Of a stretch of 49,330 nucleotides of DNA, positions 44,328 through 49,330 are shown piece after piece (within the stretch, counting starts at the first letter, position 1; each line of letters starts with the position of its first letter). A program made the translations under genes and the position numbers. The notes beneath the pieces were generated by a model, which saw nothing but the letters and a program-made list of their open reading frames with translations, was not told the origin of the DNA and searched no databases. Source of the DNA: Steroidobacteraceae bacterium (GTDB lineage Bacteria > Pseudomonadota > Gammaproteobacteria > Steroidobacterales > Steroidobacteraceae); NCBI GenBank assembly GCA_036802645.1, contig DAIRVV010000001.1, positions 1-49,330 on the forward strand, written 5' to 3'.

Positions 44328-46003
44328 GCGGGAACTCCCGATGGCGCCCCGAGCTTGCCGGCGCGGTGCAGATAGTCGCCAAAGTCTTCGCCGGCCCGGC
44401 GTTCCCGCGCCCAGGCTGCGAGCAATGGGTCGAGCGCATCGAGAAATCCCTGCTCATCGACGTTCTCGCGATAAAGACTGTTGAGCCGCCGGCCGTCACG
44501 GCCTCCGCCGAGGTGGAGGTTGTAGCGGCCCGGCGCCTTTCCGACCAGCGCGATCTCGGCGAGATACGGCCTCGAGCAGCCATTCGGGCAACCGCTGATC
44601 CGGAACAGCAACGGTTCTCCGCCGACACCATGCTTCTGCATCAGTCCGTCGATTGCCGAGGCTGCCGCCGGCATGTAGCGCTCGGCCTCGGCCATCGCCA
44701 GCGGGCAGGTCGGCAGTGCGACGCAGGCCATCGCATCGCGCGCGAGTGGCTGTGCCGTCCGATAAAGATTGAGTCCATAGCCAGCGACCAGGGCATCGAT
44801 TCGCCAGCGCTCGCCCGGCGCAACGCCGGCGACGATCAGGTTCTGGTTCGGGGTCAACCGGAAATCGCCCCGGTGAATCGCCGCGATGCGCGCAAGTCCG
44901 CTCCGCAGCCTCTGGTCGCCGCGATCCACGACCCGGCCGGCCTCGATGCGCAATGTCAGGTGCCAGCGGCCGTCCACGCCCTCGACCCAGCCGAAACGGT
45001 CGCCACTGCCCGCAAATTCGAAGGGCCGCGCGGGACCCAGCGCGAAGCCGACGCGCCGCTCGAGCTCGGCCTTGAACCAGTCGACGCCTCGATCCGCGAT
45101 CGTGTACTTCAGCCGCGCATGCTTGCGCTCGCTGCGGTCGCCATGATCGCGCTGGATGGTTACGACGGCCTCGGCCACTGTGAGCAGCTGCCCGGGCACG
45201 ATGAATCCGAGCAGGTCAGCAAGGCGCGGATAGGTTGCCGGATCGCCGTGCGTCACGCCGAGGCCGCCACCGGCCGTCACGTTGAATCCCGCGAGCGCGC
45301 CGTTCTCGACGATCGCGATGAAGCCGAGATCCTGCGCCAGCACGTCGACGTCGTTCCAGGGCGGCACCACGATCGCGGCCTTGAACTTGCGCGGCAGATA
45401 AGTCGAGCCGTAAATCGGTTCGGCCTCTTCCGTGCCCGCCACTTTCTCGCCGTCCAGCCAGATCTCGTGATAGGCGCGCGTGCGCGGCATCAGATGCTCG
45501 GACAGGCGCGCCGCCCAGCGATGCACTTCTCCGTGCAGCTCGCTCTCGACGGGATTCGGGCTCGCCAGCACATTGCGGTTGACGTCACCGCAGGCAGCAA
45601 TCGAATCGACGAGCGCCGCATTCATCCCGGCGATGGCCCGTTTCAACTCGGTCTTGATGACGCCGTGCAACTGGAATGCCTGGCGTGACGTGATCCTGAG
45701 GCTCCCATTGCCGTAGCGGCCGGCCAGGCCGTCGAGCACCAGCCATTGGGACGGCGTGCAGACCCCACCCGGCAGCCGGGTGCGGATCATGAAGCTGTAA
45801 GCGGGCTCGAGCTTCGCGAGACGGCGCTCCTCGCGCTGATCGCGATCGTCCTGCTGATAGCTTCCATGGAACTTGATCAGCTGCAGATCGTCCTCGCGCA
45901 ACCCGCCCGTCACCTTGTCCGCAAGGCTCTCGGCGATCGAACCGCGCAGCCCACGGCTCGCGGCCTTGATCCGCTCGACTGGCGACAGGACCGGCGCGCC
46001 CAT
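44324..46003 (-). CDS. cysI: Assimilatory sulfite reductase (NADPH) hemoprotein beta-component
   Basis: It is CysI-like throughout, including the C-terminal siroheme/4Fe-4S cysteine cluster ([10 protein letters not shown] ... SGCPNGC). Confidence 0.92.
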   Translation of the reverse strand: MGAPVLSPVERIKAASRGLRGSIAESLADKVTGGLREDDLQLIKFHGSYQQDDRDQREERRLAKLEPAYSFMIRTRLPGGVCTPSQWLVLDGLAGRYGNGSLRITSRQAFQLHGVIKTELKRAIAGMNAALVDSIAACGDVNRNVLASPNPVESELHGEVHRWAARLSEHLMPRTRAYHEIWLDGEKVAGTEEAEPIYGSTYLPRKFKAAIVVPPWNDVDVLAQDLGFIAIVENGALAGFNVTAGGGLGVTHGDPATYPRLADLLGFIVPGQLLTVAEAVVTIQRDHGDRSERKHARLKYTIADRGVDWFKAELERRVGFALGPARPFEFAGSGDRFGWVEGVDGRWHLTLRIEAGRVVDRGDQRLRSGLARIAAIHRGDFRLTPNQNLIVAGVAPGERWRIDALVAGYGLNLYRTAQPLARDAMACVALPTCPLAMAEAERYMPAAASAIDGLMQKHGVGGEPLLFRISGCPNGCSRPYLAEIALVGKAPGRYNLHLGGGRDGRRLNSLYRENVDEQGFLDALDPLLAAWARERRAGEDFGDYLHRAGKLGAPSGVPA

Positions 46004-47808
46004 CAGTACACATCCCGCAGGTATCGGCCGTCAGCGCCGAGCTGGTCGAGCCGCTCGCGCGCGGTCTCGGCCGACACCGCGGCGTGCCGCTCGATGATCG
46101 CGGCGAGCGCAGAGTGAACATCGGCCGCCATGCGCGTCGCGTCGCCGCAGACATAGAGCGTGGCGCCGGATTCGATCCAGTCGTGCAGTTCGCGACCCGC
46201 CTCGGCGAGCCGCTGCTGCACATAGATCTTTTCCCCGCCGTCGCGCGAGAAGGCGAGATCGAGCCGCGTCAGCAGGCCCTGCTTCAGCGCTCGCTGCCAT
46301 TCCAGCTGGTACAGGAAGTCGCGTGCGAAACGGCGTGCTCCGAAGAACAGCCAGTTGCGACCCGTAGAAGCGAGAGCGGCGCGCTCCTGGAGGAATCCGC
46401 GAAACGGCGCGACGCCGGTGCCGGGGCCGATCATGATCACGTCCCGGCTGCCGTCGGCGGGCAATTTGAAACGCCTGTTCGGCTCGATGTAAACCTGAAC
46501 CGTCGCCACCTCCCCGCGTGTCGCGAGGAAATGCGAGGCGGCGCCCGGACGCTTGCTGCCATCGCCCCCGGAGTCGAGGCGCGCGACCGCCAGGTGAACT
46601 TCGTCGCCGACCTCCTTGGCACTGGATGCGATCGAATACAGCCTCGCCACCAGCGGTCGCAGCGCCGCAGTCAGGGTGGCAGCATCCCACTGCGTCGGGA
46701 AACGCTCGAGGAGATCCGCCAACTGATTGCGGCTCATGAAATCGCGGAGCGCGGCTTCCTGGCCCGGTTTGAGCAGTCCACCGAGTTCCGCGCTGGCGCT
46801 CGTTTCCGCAACGGCCGCGATCAGCGGCCTCGTGACACGCGTGATCTCGAGACCCGATCGCAGCCATTCGGAAATCGCAAGCAGGCGGCCGTCACGTTCG
46901 AGCAGTTCATCGCCATCGAGCCGCGCTGCCGCAAGCACCGCCTCGACGGTCTCCGGCGGATTTTCGGCGAAAACACCGAGTGCATCGCCCGGCTCGTAGC
47001 GAAGGCCCGATCCGGCGAGCGAAAGCTCGATGTGGCGCACGTCGCGCACGCCGTCCCCGACTGTGATCCTCTGATTCGCAAGCAACTCGGCCGCGAACGG
47101 CTTTTCGCGGCTCCACGCCGGCACCGCGGCGACGGGCCGAAGCACGGCAACCCGGTCCCGATCCGGAGCGGGCCGGACCTGTTGCAGGGTCTCGACCGCG
47201 CGCGCGGACCAGGCGGCGGCCGGCAGTTCGAAGGCGATGTCGCAATCAGTCCGATCGTGCATGCGCGTCGCGCCGAGCTCCGCGAGACGCTCGTCGATGC
47301 GCCGGCCGATCTCGCAGTAGCGCGGATAGCTGGAATCGCCCAGCGCGAGCACCGAGTATTCGAGCGCGGGCAGGCGCGGAGCGCGGCGCCCGAGGAGGAA
47401 GTCCGTGAATGCCCGGGCGTCGTCCGGCGGATCTCCGTCGCCATGGGTGCTCATGACCACGAACAGGCGCCGTTCCTGGGCCAGGCCACGCAATGGATAC
47501 TCACCGGCGCGCAACAGGCGGACCGCGATGCCGAGTCCCTGGAGCCTTGCGGCAAGCGATTCCGCAATTCTCCGGCCGTTGCCGGTCTGCGAGCCATAGA
47601 CGATGGTCGCCTCCGGCGTGGTATCCGCCTCGGCGGCTGGCAAGACGGGCGTCGCGGCGCCGCGCGCCGCGGCGAGTCCCGCGGCATAGCCCGAGATCCA
47701 CTGCAATGCCGGCGCGTCGAGGCCATCGACGACGCGCGCCAGCAGCTCGACCCGCGGCGGATCGAGAGGATATTCGGCCAACTGGGCGACTGCACCCGCG
47801 CTCGGCAC
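46003..47808 (-). CDS. cysJ: Assimilatory sulfite reductase (NADPH) flavoprotein alpha-component
   Basis: It has the flavodoxin block YGSQTGN, the FAD block RLYSIASS and the NADPH block GPGTG.APFR.F. It is coupled to cysI (TGATG). Confidence 0.92.
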   Translation of the reverse strand: MPSAGAVAQLAEYPLDPPRVELLARVVDGLDAPALQWISGYAAGLAAARGAATPVLPAAEADTTPEATIVYGSQTGNGRRIAESLAARLQGLGIAVRLLRAGEYPLRGLAQERRLFVVMSTHGDGDPPDDARAFTDFLLGRRAPRLPALEYSVLALGDSSYPRYCEIGRRIDERLAELGATRMHDRTDCDIAFELPAAAWSARAVETLQQVRPAPDRDRVAVLRPVAAVPAWSREKPFAAELLANQRITVGDGVRDVRHIELSLAGSGLRYEPGDALGVFAENPPETVEAVLAAARLDGDELLERDGRLLAISEWLRSGLEITRVTRPLIAAVAETSASAELGGLLKPGQEAALRDFMSRNQLADLLERFPTQWDAATLTAALRPLVARLYSIASSAKEVGDEVHLAVARLDSGGDGSKRPGAASHFLATRGEVATVQVYIEPNRRFKLPADGSRDVIMIGPGTGVAPFRGFLQERAALASTGRNWLFFGARRFARDFLYQLEWQRALKQGLLTRLDLAFSRDGGEKIYVQQRLAEAGRELHDWIESGATLYVCGDATRMAADVHSALAAIIERHAAVSAETARERLDQLGADGRYLRDVY

Positions 47809-47897
47809 TCGGCGAACTCCCGGTCATGACTATCGGGGTCAGCCTACGGCAGGTGTGCGTCGGTGCGGAAAGGCTTGTTCGTTATGAACTCATGCCA

Positions 47898-48230
47898 TCA
47901 ATGGCTGCTCGTGACTTTCAGGCCGATGATGCCGGCGACAATGAGTACGATGAAACCAAGCCTCCCGAAAGTCGCCGGCTCATGGAAAATCAGCATGCCC
48001 AGGGCCGCCGTTCCTACGGCTCCGATTCCGGTCCAGGCCGCGTAGGCGGTTCCGACCGGCAGGGACTTCAGCGATAGCCCGAGAAGAAAGAAACTCGCCC
48101 AGGCCGTGGCAATGGTCAGCACGGTGAAATGCCACTTGCTGAAGCCTTCCGATGCCTTCATCGAGACTGCCCAGACAATTTCGAGAACGCCTGCGATCAG
48201 CAGAATCAACCACGCCGCCGAATGTGTCAT
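47898..48230 (-). CDS. sugE: SMR-family exporter (SugE/Gdx-like)
   Basis: 110 aa and 4 TM segments. It has W..L..AG..E..W......S.GF and GTAYA.WTGIGA.G. The start is the internal ATG of ORF 47898..48389. Confidence 0.85.
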   Translation of the reverse strand: MTHSAAWLILLIAGVLEIVWAVSMKASEGFSKWHFTVLTIATAWASFFLLGLSLKSLPVGTAYAAWTGIGAVGTAALGMLIFHEPATFGRLGFIVLIVAGIIGLKVTSSH

Positions 48231-48291
48231 GGATACTCCCGTTGCGGACGCTGGCATCATAAAGGCAGCGGTGTCCCTCCGGAGTGAACCC

Positions 48292-48735
48292 ATGGCATCT
48301 GAAACGGCGAACATCGGAACCGCGGCGCGCGGCGGCTCCTGTCTCTGCGGCAAGATTCGATACGAGCTGCGCGGGCAGCCACTCCTCATGTACTACTGCC
48401 ACTGCATCATGTGCCGAAAGGCAACCGGCACGAGTTTCGCGACCAACATGCAGGTTCGCGAAAAGGATTTCACGATCGTGTCCGGACGGGATGTCCTCAA
48501 GGCTTATCGCTCGAGTCCCGACGAACTCCGGCACTTCTGCTCCGACTGCGGATCGCCCGTCTACAGCGAGGCGGAGCACCGCCGCGGGATCCTTTCGATC
48601 CGCTGCGGCCTGCTCGACGGCGATCCCGGCATCCGCCCCGCCCACCATCTGTATGTGGACTTCAAGGCGCCGTGGGACGTCATCTCCGACGGGCTGCCGA
48701 AGTATCCCGAAGGCAGTCACCCCACGGTGACATAA
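48292..48735 (+). CDS. GFA family protein
   Basis: It has GSCLCG ... CHCIMC ... FCSDCG. The start is the internal ATG of ORF 48106..48735. Confidence 0.85.
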   Translation: MASETANIGTAARGGSCLCGKIRYELRGQPLLMYYCHCIMCRKATGTSFATNMQVREKDFTIVSGRDVLKAYRSSPDELRHFCSDCGSPVYSEAEHRRGILSIRCGLLDGDPGIRPAHHLYVDFKAPWDVISDGLPKYPEGSHPTVT

Positions 48736-48816
48736 GCGGGCGTGACAGCGGGGATCTCGACAGCGAAGCTTCCGCCGCGCATTCTGGTGCGCGCGGTCAG
48801 CCATGGAGGTGGTCCC

Positions 48817-49330
48817 ATGAACGCCAGGATTCTTGCGACATGCCTCGCGGTTCTCTTTGCGATCGCGGCGTGTTCGCAGTCGGAGCCTCCGCAACCGGCG
48901 CAGAAGCCGGCCACGCAAGAGCCGCCGGTGCCTGCAGCCGCGAAGCCCTCGTTCGTCAACAAGGTCTGGGAAGTCGCGGAGTCGCCCCAGGCCGAGATCG
49001 GCTCGCTACGCACTTTCCTGGCCGACGGCACGCTTGCGATGTCCTCGCCGAACTCGACACCTGCATTCGGCACCTGGAGCTACGACGACGGGAAACTGGC
49101 CATCACCGAGGAAGGGCGGCGCTACGACGTCGAAATCCTCGAGCTGACCGAGGACAGCTTCCGCATCCGGATTCATAGCCCGGGCGAGCCGGTCGAGATT
49201 CGATTCGTTCCGGCCGACCAGGCGCCATTGGCGTTGCCGCCAGCCGCACCGACCGCGGCCACGCAAGCGAATGCTACCGCACTGCCGCCCGCCTTGTGGG
49301 GCAGCGCCTGGCGACTCGAAGACCTCGCGG
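48817..49330 (+). CDS. Partial (3-prime truncated by the window) lipoprotein ORF, not in the supplied ORF track
   Basis: I translated it manually from ATG 48817: MNARILATCLAVLFAIAACSQSEPPQP... It has the lipobox AIAAC. The frame is open with GC3-rich codons to the window end. The last residues, LWGSAWRLEDL, resemble the start of a META/HslJ-like domain. Confidence 0.55.
   Translation, partial: MNARILATCLAVLFAIAACSQSEPPQPAQKPATQEPPVPAAAKPSFVNKVWEVAESPQAEIGSLRTFLADGTLAMSSPNSTPAFGTWSYDDGKLAITEEGRRYDVEILELTEDSFRIRIHSPGEPVEIRFVPADQAPLALPPAAPTAATQANATALPPALWGSAWRLEDLA

Noticed and set aside
48231-48291. Guanidine riboswitch (ykkC, mini-ykkC or guanidine-III) in the sugE leader.
   Set aside because: The leader is only 61 nt up to the divergent GFA start codon. 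Read on the minus strand it forms one interrupted hairpin (GGAC..CGCUG / CAGCG-GUCC). I found no paired ACGR tetraloop hairpins and no convincing match to the guanidine-I or guanidine-III consensus as I remember them. An Infernal scan with RF00442, RF01068 and RF01763 would settle it.

Overview
This is a high-GC (by eye about mid-60s %), very gene-dense bacterial chromosomal segment that looks proteobacterial. I call about 65 CDS. I recognised no rRNA, tRNA, CRISPR array, transposase, integrase or known defence system. All family names come from motifs I recognise by eye in the supplied translations; no database search was run.

Layout:
- 1-5.1 kb: heterotetrameric sarcosine oxidase genes. soxB-soxA-soxG are translationally coupled on the + strand. 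soxD is inverted and divergent from soxB.
- 5.1-35.7 kb: an almost unidirectional (+) run of about 45 short, functionally unrelated accessory genes. It holds 4 VOC/glyoxalase, 4 GNAT, 2 GFA (a third at 48.3 kb) and many DUF families. It also holds an arylsulfatase/FGE cluster, Tat-signal enzymes, a PAP2/haloperoxidase-like protein, a PLP decarboxylase, a Ca2+/H+ antiporter and an FMN alpha-hydroxy-acid oxidase with RidA. Many junctions are 4-nt ATGA/GTGA overlaps.
- 35.7-37.7 kb: H-NOX plus GGDEF-EAL, a known type of NO/c-di-GMP pair.
- 37.8-40.5 kb: YdeI, a second PLP decarboxylase and a CPBP protease.
- 40.5-41.2 kb: an AT-rich island with an orphan lipoprotein ORF.
- 41.2-47.8 kb: cysJ-cysI-cysH-cysG-cysB as one minus-strand unit.
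- 47.9 kb to the end: sugE, a GFA gene, and a partial lipoprotein ORF that runs off the window and is absent from the ORF track.

The most unusual DNA-level signal is a family of palindromic elements with an AAAGGGGAC / GTCCCCTTT core, sitting on or next to stop codons. One is a perfect 40-bp-arm inverted repeat at 22896-22994. A second is a 38-bp perfect palindrome at 24675-24712 that contains a stop codon. A third is a half copy at 4-23. Two of them bracket a 3-gene module.

I could not identify a clear novel multi-gene system. The candidates below are hypotheses with explicit tests.
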